From Eubacteriales bacterium (GTDB lineage Bacteria; Bacillota; Clostridia; Oscillospirales; CAG-272): a DNA stretch of 58,917 nt. The notes under the pieces were generated by a model. That model worked only from the letters and a program-made list of their open reading frames with translations, was not told the origin of the DNA and ran no database searches. The position numbers and the translations under genes are program-made. The stretch's first letter is position 1; each line of letters starts with the position of its first letter. Below are positions 18,358 through 27,904 of this stretch, piece by piece. The stretch is taken from the NCBI GenBank assembly GCA_045602325.1, contig JAZSBH010000091.1, forward strand, positions 1 through 58,917, read 5' to 3'.

Positions 18358-20185
18358 GATGACCCACCTCCTCTCGACTGTCGGTCGGTCGTCTCAATTC
18401 GGGAGAGTCAGACTCCTTCATGGCACCCTCGACCCGCTGAAGCTCCACCATGGTACGGTAGTCGGGGCAGGCTTCCAACAGCTCGGCGTGGGATCCCACC
18501 GCCGTCACGCGGCCGTCGTCCAGGAAGATGATCTTATCCATGCCCTCCACCGTGGAAATGCGGTGGGCGATGAGAATGGTGGTCTTACCCTTGCGAATGC
18601 GACGGAGATTCTCCAAAATGGCCTTTTCAGTGCGGACGTCTACCGCCGATACGGCGTCGTCCAGGATCAGAATGTTTGCGTCCTTCATGAGGGCGCGGGC
18701 GATGGAGATACGCTGCTTTTGGCCGCCCGATACCGTCACGCCCCGCTCGCCGAGAACCGTGCCGTAGCCCTCGGTGAACTCGGCAATGTTGTCGTGTACG
18801 TCGGACAGGCGTGCCGCCTCCTCGATGACGGTTTGATCGGTGGTATCCGAGGCAAAGGCAATGTTGTTGGCGATGGTATCGCTGAACAGGAAATTATCCT
18901 GGGGTACGTAGGCGGCGTATTTCCGCACGGTGCGGATGGGAATGTCGTTGACGTCGTAGCCGTCCAGGAAGACGGTGCCGTCGGGGACGTTATAGGTACG
19001 GAGCAGAAGATCCACCAAGGTGGTCTTACCCGAGCCGGTCTTGCCGATGATGCCCACGTTCTCCCCTGCTTTGATGGAGAAGGAAACGTTGGTGAGGGAG
19101 TCATAGGAGCCGCCGGGATAGCGGAAGGTCAGCCCCCGCATCTCGATATTGCCCGCAAGGGGCGCGGCAGGCTCTTGTACGTCGGGCTTGTCGGTCACAT
19201 CCACAGGGGTGTCCAGAAGCTCCCCGATGCGCTTGAGGGAGGCTTTACCGCGGGAACGCATTTCAATGAGCTGGGAGACCGCCATAATGGGCCAGATGAT
19301 GGAGGTGAAATAGCCAATGAACTCCACGAGCTGTCCCGCGTTGAACCGGCCATTCCAGACCAAATAGCCGCCGTAGCCCAGAATGACGCAGATCACCGAC
19401 TCGACGAACAGGGTCACCAGAATATTGAGCAGGGTGGAGATCTTCGTGAACTCCACGTTGACCTTTTCGTTCTGCTTGTTGAGCTTGCGGAAGGCCATGA
19501 GCTGTACCGTCTCCTTGACGAAGGCCTTGATGACGGCGATACCCGAAAAGCCCTCCTGGGAGAAGTCGGACAGAGCCGAGAAGGCCTCCTGTCTTTCGTC
19601 CCATTTCTTCTCCATGTAATGTCCCACCACCGCGCTGATGACCAGCAGAAACGCCATGGGAACCAGGGAAAAGAGGGTCAGAACCAGATTCATGCGGAAC
19701 ATCTTGAGCAGGGCAAACACGCCCAAGAACAAGGCGTCCGCAAACATGAGGATGCCCGAACCAAAGCAGTCCTGTACGGTTTCCAGGTCGTTGGTGAAGT
19801 AGGACATGAGGGTGCCTACCTTGTTGACCTGGTAGTACTCACGGGAAAGATCCTTGCAACGGTCAAACATACGTCCGCGCAGGTCAGTCTCCACCTTGAT
19901 ACCCGAGCCGAAAAAGCAGATCCGCCAGAGGAAGCGCCCAATGGCCATGAGTACGACAATGGCGATCATAGGTAGACAGATCTCGTCCAGCAGGAAGTCC
20001 ATGTCGAAGGCCCGCTCTGCATCACCCACCTTGACGAAACCCTCATCAATACCGTTGATGACCATTCCGTATAGCTTGGGAATTTCCAGCTGCAGCAGAT
20101 CGATCATTACCAGGGACAGCACGCCCAAAAGCAGGGCAGGCAGGTGCCGCAGGTAGTATCGGTTGATGTGCTTACCGAACAGCAT
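18350..20185 (-). CDS. ABC exporter, fused TMD-NBD (degenerate-site half)
   Basis: GKTGSGKT, VSGGQKQR, ILDDAVSAVD; overlaps partner gene. Confidence 0.92.
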   Translation of the reverse strand: MLFGKHINRYYLRHLPALLLGVLSLVMIDLLQLEIPKLYGMVINGIDEGFVKVGDAERAFDMDFLLDEICLPMIAIVVLMAIGRFLWRICFFGSGIKVETDLRGRMFDRCKDLSREYYQVNKVGTLMSYFTNDLETVQDCFGSGILMFADALFLGVFALLKMFRMNLVLTLFSLVPMAFLLVISAVVGHYMEKKWDERQEAFSALSDFSQEGFSGIAVIKAFVKETVQLMAFRKLNKQNEKVNVEFTKISTLLNILVTLFVESVICVILGYGGYLVWNGRFNAGQLVEFIGYFTSIIWPIMAVSQLIEMRSRGKASLKRIGELLDTPVDVTDKPDVQEPAAPLAGNIEMRGLTFRYPGGSYDSLTNVSFSIKAGENVGIIGKTGSGKTTLVDLLLRTYNVPDGTVFLDGYDVNDIPIRTVRKYAAYVPQDNFLFSDTIANNIAFASDTTDQTVIEEAARLSDVHDNIAEFTEGYGTVLGERGVTVSGGQKQRISIARALMKDANILILDDAVSAVDVRTEKAILENLRRIRKGKTTILIAHRISTVEGMDKIIFLDDGRVTAVGSHAELLEACPDYRTMVELQRVEGAMKESDSPELRRPTDSREEVGHHA

Positions 20186-20348
20186 AGGATCACCTCGTTT
20201 CCGTAAAATTCGGCAGGGATGCTTCCTGCCATCGAAAAAACGCATAATTCGCAGTTTATACATTATAACACATTGATCACAATTTATCAAGAGGGTATTT
20301 CAAAACTGTTCGGATGTTTTTTGGAACTTTTGGTTGAAAAAGTGCCCC

Positions 20349-20377
20349 TTGACAGTCCCGCCAAAATCCAGTATAAT
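20349..20377 (+). promoter_or_regulatory. Sigma-A promoter of rmuC
   Basis: TTGACA-17bp-TATAAT. Confidence 0.8.
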
Positions 20378-20408
20378 ATAGGTAGACTCATCTCGGAGGT
20401 TACAGAAC

Positions 20409-21920
20409 ATGGAACTCATTGAAATACTCGCCATCCTCATTCTCGCGGGCGTGCTGGCCGCTGTCACACTGCTGGTTGTTCTCCTTTTGCGTGCCAAAAA
20501 GGCCGATTCCGATGCCATAGCCCGCTCCGTAACCGCCACGCTGCGCCGGGAAGTCACAGACCCCATCCTTCGGGAGGAGCAGAACAGCCAGAGCGTTCTG
20601 CGCACTGAGCTCCAGACCGAGCTGCGGGGCTCCCGCACCGAAACCACGGGGGTGGTGCAAACCTCTATGGAAAAGCTGGGACAATCCCTGCGCGAGTCCC
20701 AAAGAGAGACCGCCGAGCTCCAGGCCAAGCGCATTTCCGAGCTGACCGAGGCGGAAACCAAGCTCATGGCTGAACTGGCGCAGGCTCAGGCGCGCCGCTT
20801 TGAGGCCCAGGACGCCCGCCTGGAAACCATGCAAAAATCCCTCCATGCCCTGCTCTCGGAGCGCATGGACGGTCTGAATACCAACGTGGGTCAGCGGTTG
20901 GCCGAGGTGGACAAGCAGTTCAAGGACTTCCGCGAGCAATCCGCCGCCGCCCAGGAGCAGCTTCGCCGCACCATGGAGGAGCGCATGACGGTCATGCAGA
21001 CCGCTAACAACGAGAAGCTGGAGCAGATGCGCGCCACCGTGGATGAGAAGCTGCAAAAGACCCTGGACGAGCGCATCTCCCAGTCCTTTAAAGCTGTCAA
21101 CGACCGTCTGGCCGACGTCTACAAGGGGCTGGGTGAGATGCAGACCCTAGCGGGAGACGTGGGGGATCTCAAGAAGGTCATGGCCGGCGTCAAGACCCGC
21201 GGAATCCTGGGTGAGATCCAGCTGGGGGCCATCATCTCCGAAATGCTCTCCCCCGAGCAGTATGAGGAGAACGCCGTCACCCGTCCCGGCACCGCCAACC
21301 GCGTGGAATTCGCCATCAAGCTCCCCGGCGAGGGAGACGTCCCTGTCTACCTCCCCATCGACGCCAAGTTCCCCGCCGACGCCTACCACCATCTGGTGGA
21401 CGCCTACGAGGCAGGGGATCCCGACGCCATCAAGGCCGCGTCAAGCGAGCTGGAGACCCGCATCAAGTCCGCCGCCAAGGACATCCGCGACAAGTATATC
21501 GAGCCCCCCTACACCACCACCTTCGGCATCATGTTCCTCCCCTTCGAGGGGCTCTACGCCGAGGTGGTCCGTATGGGGCTGGTGGATATCCTCCAGACCC
21601 AGTACCGCGTCAGCGTAGCGGGGCCCACCACCCTGGCCGCCCTGCTGAACAGCCTGCAGATGGGCTTCCGCACCCTGGCCATCCAGAAGCGCTCGGGCGA
21701 GGTCTGGGAGGTGCTGGGCGCGGTCAAGACCGAGTTCGGCAAATTCGAGGACGTACTGGCCAAGGTACAGACCCGCATCGAGCAGACCAGCAAGGAGCTG
21801 GATACCCTGGTGGGTACCCGCACCCGCAAGATCAACAGCAAGCTCAAATCCGTCACCGAGCTTCCCGCGGCAGAGGCGCAGAGAATGCTGGATGGGGTGG
21901 TTGTGGAGGAGGATACGTAA
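20409..21920 (+). CDS. rmuC: DNA recombination protein RmuC
   Basis: N-terminal TM and coiled coil, KTRGILGEIQL, LPIDAKFP, MFLPFEGLYAE. Confidence 0.93.
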   Translation: MELIEILAILILAGVLAAVTLLVVLLLRAKKADSDAIARSVTATLRREVTDPILREEQNSQSVLRTELQTELRGSRTETTGVVQTSMEKLGQSLRESQRETAELQAKRISELTEAETKLMAELAQAQARRFEAQDARLETMQKSLHALLSERMDGLNTNVGQRLAEVDKQFKDFREQSAAAQEQLRRTMEERMTVMQTANNEKLEQMRATVDEKLQKTLDERISQSFKAVNDRLADVYKGLGEMQTLAGDVGDLKKVMAGVKTRGILGEIQLGAIISEMLSPEQYEENAVTRPGTANRVEFAIKLPGEGDVPVYLPIDAKFPADAYHHLVDAYEAGDPDAIKAASSELETRIKSAAKDIRDKYIEPPYTTTFGIMFLPFEGLYAEVVRMGLVDILQTQYRVSVAGPTTLAALLNSLQMGFRTLAIQKRSGEVWEVLGAVKTEFGKFEDVLAKVQTRIEQTSKELDTLVGTRTRKINSKLKSVTELPAAEAQRMLDGVVVEEDT

Positions 21921-22058
21921 CTGTCCCCCCGAAAAAAAGCGCAATGCGGCTGACAAAAGTACAGCGCCGCTTCATATGCGGTGTTAAACTGCTACGTGGA
22001 ATTCCATTCGAAAATATGGTATCATAGAATTACAAAATCAGATAAGGAGGCAGATATC

Positions 22059-23105
22059 ATGTCGATCGGATCCACCATCAAAAAACTCCGCCGCGAGCGG
22101 GAAATGACCCAAGAACAGCTGGCGGAGTGTCTCGGTATCACAGCCAACGCCGTGTCCCAATGGGAATGTGACCGCACCGCGCCGGATATTTCTCAGCTCC
22201 CCATGCTGGCCAGAGTCCTGCAGGTGACGACAGACCGGTTGCTGGGTGTAGATTTTAGCAAGGACGAGGAGGAGATCGAGCGGATTGGGCAGGAATCCTT
22301 TGATCACTATCGGGGGGGACAGCTTATAAAAGCGGCAGAGATCGCACGGGAAGGCTTGAAGCAATATCCCCAATCCTTTCATCTGATGGCAAGACTGGCC
22401 GAAAGTTTGATCGGTCTGCCGGGATGTGAGGAGGAGATCGAGGAGCTTTGCGATAAAATCCTGAAGGATTGTACCGAGGGCAGACCCCGTGACCACGCTT
22501 ACAGACTGAAGATCATTCTGTGCGGGCGACGGGGGCAGTACGGAGAAGTTAAGAAGCTCGCCGAAAACCTGCCTCACATATGGGCATCCCGGGAGGACTT
22601 GCTGCTGCGCTGGTATCACGAGGACAGCGAAGAGCATCGAATGGAGCTTGCAGAATGTGCCAAGGTGTATTTGCGAAGTCTCGTCATCTGTTTGGGGCAT
22701 ATCGCCCACTCCTCTTGCTATTCGATCGAGGAAAAAATTCAAATCCGAACCCAAATCATTGGTATTCTGCAAATTTTGTTTCCGGATCAGGATTATTGTG
22801 ACGAGGCGGTGGTCTTGGCGGATGAGTACAGTATCATTGCGGCGCTCTGCGCCGAGATGGGCAATCGCGATCAGGCACTGGATGCATTTGAGCGTATGTG
22901 TGAGTACGCGCTTCATTTTGAAACCAGCAGCGGCAAGCATACGTCCCCTGTTTTCCGAGGTTCCGAAGTTGGAAGATGGCTCCCGGATGAATATTCGTAC
23001 TGTCGAGATGAGCTGCTCCCGTTCATTGCTCAGGATCCATCCTTCGATCCTCTGCGGGATGAGCCTCGGTATATTGAGGTTGTGGAAGCATTAAAAAATC
23101 CATAA
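22059..23105 (+). CDS. XRE-family HTH regulator with TPR-like C-terminus
   Basis: IKKLRREREMTQEQLAECLGITANAVSQWE; helical C-terminal region. Confidence 0.88.
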   Translation: MSIGSTIKKLRREREMTQEQLAECLGITANAVSQWECDRTAPDISQLPMLARVLQVTTDRLLGVDFSKDEEEIERIGQESFDHYRGGQLIKAAEIAREGLKQYPQSFHLMARLAESLIGLPGCEEEIEELCDKILKDCTEGRPRDHAYRLKIILCGRRGQYGEVKKLAENLPHIWASREDLLLRWYHEDSEEHRMELAECAKVYLRSLVICLGHIAHSSCYSIEEKIQIRTQIIGILQILFPDQDYCDEAVVLADEYSIIAALCAEMGNRDQALDAFERMCEYALHFETSSGKHTSPVFRGSEVGRWLPDEYSYCRDELLPFIAQDPSFDPLRDEPRYIEVVEALKNP

Positions 23106-23191
23106 AAAATCATTTCAATCACCGAACCTTTTCCCATTTTCCGCGACTCTATATATGACAGACCGACACATCTCACAGAAAGGAGTTTCCC

Positions 23192-23509
23192 ATGGAGATC
23201 AACACCGAGCGCATCAACCGCGTGGTCATTCCCCGCCGTGCCCTGGCAAAACGGGTGGGGATCCTTTGGCTGTTTGAGCTCTGCGCCTGTCTCTGCGGGT
23301 TTGGGCTGTTCGCCATCGTATCCTTCTTTTGCGTTTTGGAGATGGTCTGGCTGACCATGAAATTCCGCCCCGTCTGGCGGCTGTACTACCACCCCGCGAC
23401 CCTGTACATCATTCTGGTTCTGCTCATCATCCCTGCAGTCCCCATCGGACTGTTCCTTCGGTGGCTGATCCAATTTTTGATCTTCAAGCTTCCCTTACTT
23501 ATTTTTTAG
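23192..23509 (+). CDS. Small hypothetical membrane protein
   Basis: AAGGAG RBS; hydrophobic segments. Confidence 0.65.
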   Translation: MEINTERINRVVIPRRALAKRVGILWLFELCACLCGFGLFAIVSFFCVLEMVWLTMKFRPVWRLYYHPATLYIILVLLIIPAVPIGLFLRWLIQFLIFKLPLLIF

Positions 23510-23522
23510 CCGATTGCAGGAT

Positions 23523-23732
23523 TTCAAATTGGGGTTTATCGGGCTGACGCCGCTCTCCAAGACCCTCCCCTTTGGGGAGGGGGGACCGCGGAGAGGTGGG
23601 TGAGGCTTGCCCGGAAACATGCTATCTGCCAATGGTTTTTGCCTCATCCACCATCCTTCGGATGGTCCCCCTTCCCCATAGGGGAAGGTCCATTATGCAT
23701 CGTGCCAACCCACCGATAAACCCAAATTTGAA
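23523..23732. mobile_element. MITE-like palindromic element
   Basis: 20-bp terminal IRs TTCAAATTGGGGTTTATCGG / CCGATAAACCCAAATTTGAA (1 mismatch) enclosing a second GC-rich inverted repeat. Confidence 0.7.
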
Positions 23733-23777
23733 TCATTCTGCAATCGCCTACTTACTCATCTTTTGAAAGGAGCGCCC

Positions 23778-25373
23778 ATGGAACTCTTCTCCCTCATCTA
23801 CCCGCAAGGCACCCGCGACGACTCCCCCGTCCGCACCGTCGCCCGCGATCTGGTCGCCAATCTGGGCGCGGACTGGTTCTTCCACAGCCGTGACTGCCGT
23901 CTCGTGGACTACCTCACCGCCGATCCTGCCGTCATCGAGTACCGCCGTACCGCCCTGCGGGACGTCATGGAGTGTGCTCCCCTCCTACAGATGCTTCGAG
24001 ATGCCTCCGATCTCCTGTCCCAAATCGAAGAGAACGTCAAGCGGCGTGACAATAGCGGGGACAGCTTTGAGTCCCAGTTCTTCAGCATCCGCGAGCTGGA
24101 GATCTACATTGACCTGGTGGACTGCATGCAGAACGCCTTTGACGCGATGGAGGCAGAGGGATATACCTTGCGCTCCGAGGGTTTTGCCGCTCTGCGTGAC
24201 AGCGTGCGCGAGCAGACCGAGACCGTGGATGAGCTCCGCGAGGGACTTTCCCGTATGGTCATGGCTGTCAAGGACATCAAAAGCGTGACCATCGGCTTCA
24301 ATCTGGACACCAATCTCTCCCCCTTCGAGGCAGGACTTCTCTCCATCAACGACAGACCCGTGCGCTCGGGCGAGCTGATCGACCGTCTTTTGAATTTAGA
24401 ATTGGCAAAGGATGATATGACCGCCCTCGCCCCCATGACCGCCGTGACCAAGCGGCTGACCCCTCGGGAGCGGGAGAGCGTGGACATGGTCTTCATGGGT
24501 GCCATGCGAAAGGTCTACGGCGGCGCTCTCCGTCCCTGGGCGCCCATGATCCGCAAGTACGTAGCGGCGGGAGCTTGTCCTTGGCTGCGGCTTCTCCCCG
24601 AAATGCGCTATCTCATCGTGTCCGCCGATCTTCTGACGGGGCTGACCAACTGCGGCCTCCCCTTCTGCTGGGCCGAGGTGCGCCCCGTGGAGGAAAAGGC
24701 TTTCTCCGTGACGGGTATGTACAACCCAGCTTTGGCCATGAAGCTGGCCGAGACCAACCCCGAGGCGAAAATGGTCTGCAACGATCTCACCTTTGACGCC
24801 GAGGGAGGCATCTACGTCCTCACAGGTCCCAACAGCGGCGGAAAGAGCATTTTCACCTGCGGTGTGGGCATTCTGCAGATCATGTTCCAGCTTGGTATGC
24901 CCATCCCCGCGTCAAGCGGAACCGTCAGCCCTGTGGAGGGTATCTTCACCCACTTCCCAAGTGAGGTGGAGGTCACCACCGCCGACGGACGGCTAGGGAG
25001 CGAGTGCGCGTTGGTCAAAAAGATTTTCGACAAACTTACACCTAACAGTCTGGTGCTTTTGGACGAGACCTTTTCCGGAACAGGCTCCTTTGAGGGCTCC
25101 TTCCTGGCCGCCGACGTCCTGGCTGCACTATCCGCCCGGGGTGTCCATGCCGTCTACTGCACTCATATGCACGAGCTGACCACCCACATTCCCGAGATCA
25201 ATAGCCGCCCCGAGGCTGTTTCCAAGGTCGCTACTCTCTCGGCGGGTGCCGAGGGAAATGAGCGCTTCCGCATTTTCCGCCGCGCCCCCGATGGGAAATC
25301 CTATGCAGCAAGGATCGCGGAAAAGTATGGGCTTTCCTATGAGAAACTGGTGAGCGGCTCCACCGAAAAATAA
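23778..25373 (+). CDS. MutS-related ATPase (domain V), not canonical MutS1/MutS2
   Basis: TGPNSGGKS, LLDETFSGT, CTHMHEL, SYAARIAEKYG. Confidence 0.85.
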   Translation: MELFSLIYPQGTRDDSPVRTVARDLVANLGADWFFHSRDCRLVDYLTADPAVIEYRRTALRDVMECAPLLQMLRDASDLLSQIEENVKRRDNSGDSFESQFFSIRELEIYIDLVDCMQNAFDAMEAEGYTLRSEGFAALRDSVREQTETVDELREGLSRMVMAVKDIKSVTIGFNLDTNLSPFEAGLLSINDRPVRSGELIDRLLNLELAKDDMTALAPMTAVTKRLTPRERESVDMVFMGAMRKVYGGALRPWAPMIRKYVAAGACPWLRLLPEMRYLIVSADLLTGLTNCGLPFCWAEVRPVEEKAFSVTGMYNPALAMKLAETNPEAKMVCNDLTFDAEGGIYVLTGPNSGGKSIFTCGVGILQIMFQLGMPIPASSGTVSPVEGIFTHFPSEVEVTTADGRLGSECALVKKIFDKLTPNSLVLLDETFSGTGSFEGSFLAADVLAALSARGVHAVYCTHMHELTTHIPEINSRPEAVSKVATLSAGAEGNERFRIFRRAPDGKSYAARIAEKYGLSYEKLVSGSTEK

Positions 25374-25420
25374 CTCAAAACCCGCCCTCAACGAGAGGAC
25401 GGGTCTGTTCTTTTCAGGGC

Positions 25421-25999
25421 TTACGGCGCATCCGTATTCGCGGGAACCCCGCCCACGGCGATGTAGTAAGGCTCGCCCAGCGCCCCCTCGCGGTATTCGA
25501 TCACGTAGGAATCCCCCACCTCAAAGGAGGAGTAATGGCTGTGGGGCACTTCAATGTCGAAGGTATCCCCCTGCGCCGTCACGGTGAATTCATAGTGGCT
25601 AGAGCGCCTGCTACTGCGGTACTCCTTGTCCTCGATCACCACCGTGTACCGTACGGGCTCACTCGTATCGAACAAATGGTTCAGATGTGCCAACACGGAG
25701 CCCGCCGCGAAAAAGGCGAGAAGGGAGATCAGAACAAACACGCCGATTCGCTTCCCCTTGCCGTGCTCCGGAGCCACGACCTTGATTGCGAACAGTGCGC
25801 CACCGAGAATACCCATACCGAGAGCTACGTACCACAGCGCAAACAGATCGGTCTCCGCAAAAGCATAACGCTGAAAGGTCGCCACCGAAACCACGCTAAC
25901 TGCGCAAAGCAGAAGCGTCACGGTAACGGTCGTAATACTCATATACCCCCCTATGAACTTTCTTTTTTTCGGCATAGATTTGGATCGTCTTTTGGCCAT
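25421..25999 (-). CDS. Hypothetical membrane protein
   Basis: GGAGG RBS; three TM segments and a beta-rich C-terminus. Confidence 0.75.
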   Translation of the reverse strand: MAKRRSKSMPKKRKFIGGYMSITTVTVTLLLCAVSVVSVATFQRYAFAETDLFALWYVALGMGILGGALFAIKVVAPEHGKGKRIGVFVLISLLAFFAAGSVLAHLNHLFDTSEPVRYTVVIEDKEYRSSRRSSHYEFTVTAQGDTFDIEVPHSHYSSFEVGDSYVIEYREGALGEPYYIAVGGVPANTDAP

Positions 26000-26027
26000 T
26001 TGGCACCTCCACAGAAAAGCATTGATT

Positions 26028-26891
26028 TTATCGAGCCTTCAGCACCGCCAGCACCACCTCGGGGCGATTGCCCAGCCGCAGGGGGAAGGAGCTGTTGCCC
26101 AAACCGCGGCTGACCACCATGTGCGTGGTATGGCCGTCCGCGTCGGTTTCGGTATAGAGCCCGGCGTCATAATCCGGGAACAAGCCCTGTCCCGGGGCGT
26201 ATACCCCGCCGATCAGAGGCAGACGGAATTGCCCGCCGTGGGCGTGCCCCGCAAATACCACGTCAACTCCCGCCGCCAGGTAATCCGCCATGAACTCGGG
26301 ATGGTGCGCCAGAATCACCGTAAAGCCCTCTCCGCAAAGCTCGGACGGAGGCAAGGCGCGGGTGTCGAAATCCGGGGAATCCACCCCCGCGAGTGTCACG
26401 GTCTCTCCGGCTCGCTCCAGCGTCACCGTCTCGCCGTGAAGCACCGTTACCCCCAAGGAGAGAAGGGCTGTCTCCAGCTCAGCGTAGGTCTCCGCGGGGA
26501 TATATCCCTCGTGGTTCCCCGTCACGTAGTAGCAGGGGGCGATCTCCACCGCCTGTTCCACGAAGGATACAGCCACCGTCACGTCGGTGCGATGGGAGTC
26601 GATCAGATCGCCGGTGATGACAATGACGTCGGGCTCGGCTTCGCGCAGGAGAGCCAGAGTCCGGGCGTGGTCATTTCCCAACTCGGCGTTGTGGAGATCG
26701 GATACCTGGGCAATGCGCAAGCCGTCAAAGGCCCGCGGAAGCCCCTCCGCGGGGATGATCACCTCGGTCAGGGTGGGGACGGCATTGGAATGGATGACCC
26801 AAATAGCAAGGGCGACAAAGAGAAGCAAGAAAACCGAGAAAATGAGCACACACCGCTTTTTTCGGTTGCAAAGCAAGGACGGAATGGCCAT
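26028..26891 (-). CDS. Metallophosphoesterase (YkuE-like)
   Basis: SDLH, TGDLID, GNHE, GHAHGGQ. Confidence 0.92.
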   Translation of the reverse strand: MAIPSLLCNRKKRCVLIFSVFLLLFVALAIWVIHSNAVPTLTEVIIPAEGLPRAFDGLRIAQVSDLHNAELGNDHARTLALLREAEPDVIVITGDLIDSHRTDVTVAVSFVEQAVEIAPCYYVTGNHEGYIPAETYAELETALLSLGVTVLHGETVTLERAGETVTLAGVDSPDFDTRALPPSELCGEGFTVILAHHPEFMADYLAAGVDVVFAGHAHGGQFRLPLIGGVYAPGQGLFPDYDAGLYTETDADGHTTHMVVSRGLGNSSFPLRLGNRPEVVLAVLKAR

Positions 26892-26990
26892 GGAGGTCTC
26901 CTTTCGGTGAGATTCTACTCATATCGTAGCATAAACCGCATAAAATGTCAAGAGGCTTCCGACTACACCCCACCCTCCAGGAGGTATGCC

Positions 26991-27590
26991 ATGCGTTTTT
27001 TTCTTCGATTGCTCCCCATTATCCTCGCTCTTCTTGCCGCCCTACTCTCCCTCTTCGCCTGTTCCCCTGCCTCGCCGAAAGACGATTTCTCCTACGCCGC
27101 CACCCCTTTTTCTGCCGCCGTGCGGGGGACATATACGCCCGAGGACAGCCTTCCCCGTCCCGTTACAGCCCGGATCACGGTGGGAGCCCCCATCAGCGGA
27201 GACGACCCTACCGCTCGTCCCTTGACGATCACCTTTACCGAGCCCCCGACGCTTGCAGGCATCACCGTCACGGCGGTCTATGAGACGAATCAACAAGGCC
27301 AAGTTACCCGCATCGTGACCTTTATCTATCCGTCAACCTACGGCGAGGTAAAAACCTCTTCACAAGCGGGTGATTTCGACGGCTTTCTCCGCTTTGCCGA
27401 GGCGCTTCTGCCCATCGGAGACATCACCGCCATCTCCCCCGTAGCCGAGGACGGCACACACACCGTCACCCGCACCACGACCGACGATAAGCGGGAGGCA
27501 ATATTCCTGTTCTCGGCAGAGCAAACACTCCCCCTGCGGATCACGGTAAAAAGCGAATCCGCGACCATTGAGTTTGCAGTCACGCCATAA
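26991..27590 (+). CDS. Hypothetical lipoprotein
   Basis: AGGAGG RBS; MRFFLRLLPIILALLAALLSLFAC lipobox; only the 3' part of the 545-aa track ORF. Confidence 0.75.
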   Translation: MRFFLRLLPIILALLAALLSLFACSPASPKDDFSYAATPFSAAVRGTYTPEDSLPRPVTARITVGAPISGDDPTARPLTITFTEPPTLAGITVTAVYETNQQGQVTRIVTFIYPSTYGEVKTSSQAGDFDGFLRFAEALLPIGDITAISPVAEDGTHTVTRTTTDDKREAIFLFSAEQTLPLRITVKSESATIEFAVTP

Positions 27591-27596
27591 AAACAC

Positions 27597-27634
27597 GGGG
27601 TGTCTCAAATGCTCTCTGCATTTGAGACACCCCC
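27597..27634. terminator. Bidirectional terminator
   Basis: GGGGTGTCTCAAATGC...GCATTTGAGACACCCC. Confidence 0.75.
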
Positions 27635-27643
27635 CATGTTTTC

Positions 27644-27871
27644 TTATACCCGCTCGCGGGTGTCGCTCAGCCCGACCATGTAGTCAATGCTGACGTTGTA
27701 ATGCTCAGCCAGCTTCACGAACAGGTGCATGGGAAGCTCACGCTCGCCCCGCTCGTAGCGGCTGTACTGGTTCTGCTGCATATCCAGGATATCGGCAAGA
27801 TCGGTCTGATTCATACCCGCACTGACCCGAAGCTCACGAAGGCGAGGGTAATATTTGTTTTTGGTTTCCAT
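27644..27871 (-). CDS. Small XRE-family HTH regulator
   Basis: RLRELRVSAGMNQTDLA...YSRYERGEREL...YNVSIDY. Confidence 0.88.
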   Translation of the reverse strand: METKNKYYPRLRELRVSAGMNQTDLADILDMQQNQYSRYERGERELPMHLFVKLAEHYNVSIDYMVGLSDTRERV

Positions 27872-27904
27872 ACAATTTCCATCCATATAATATTTTAATT
27901 CGGT

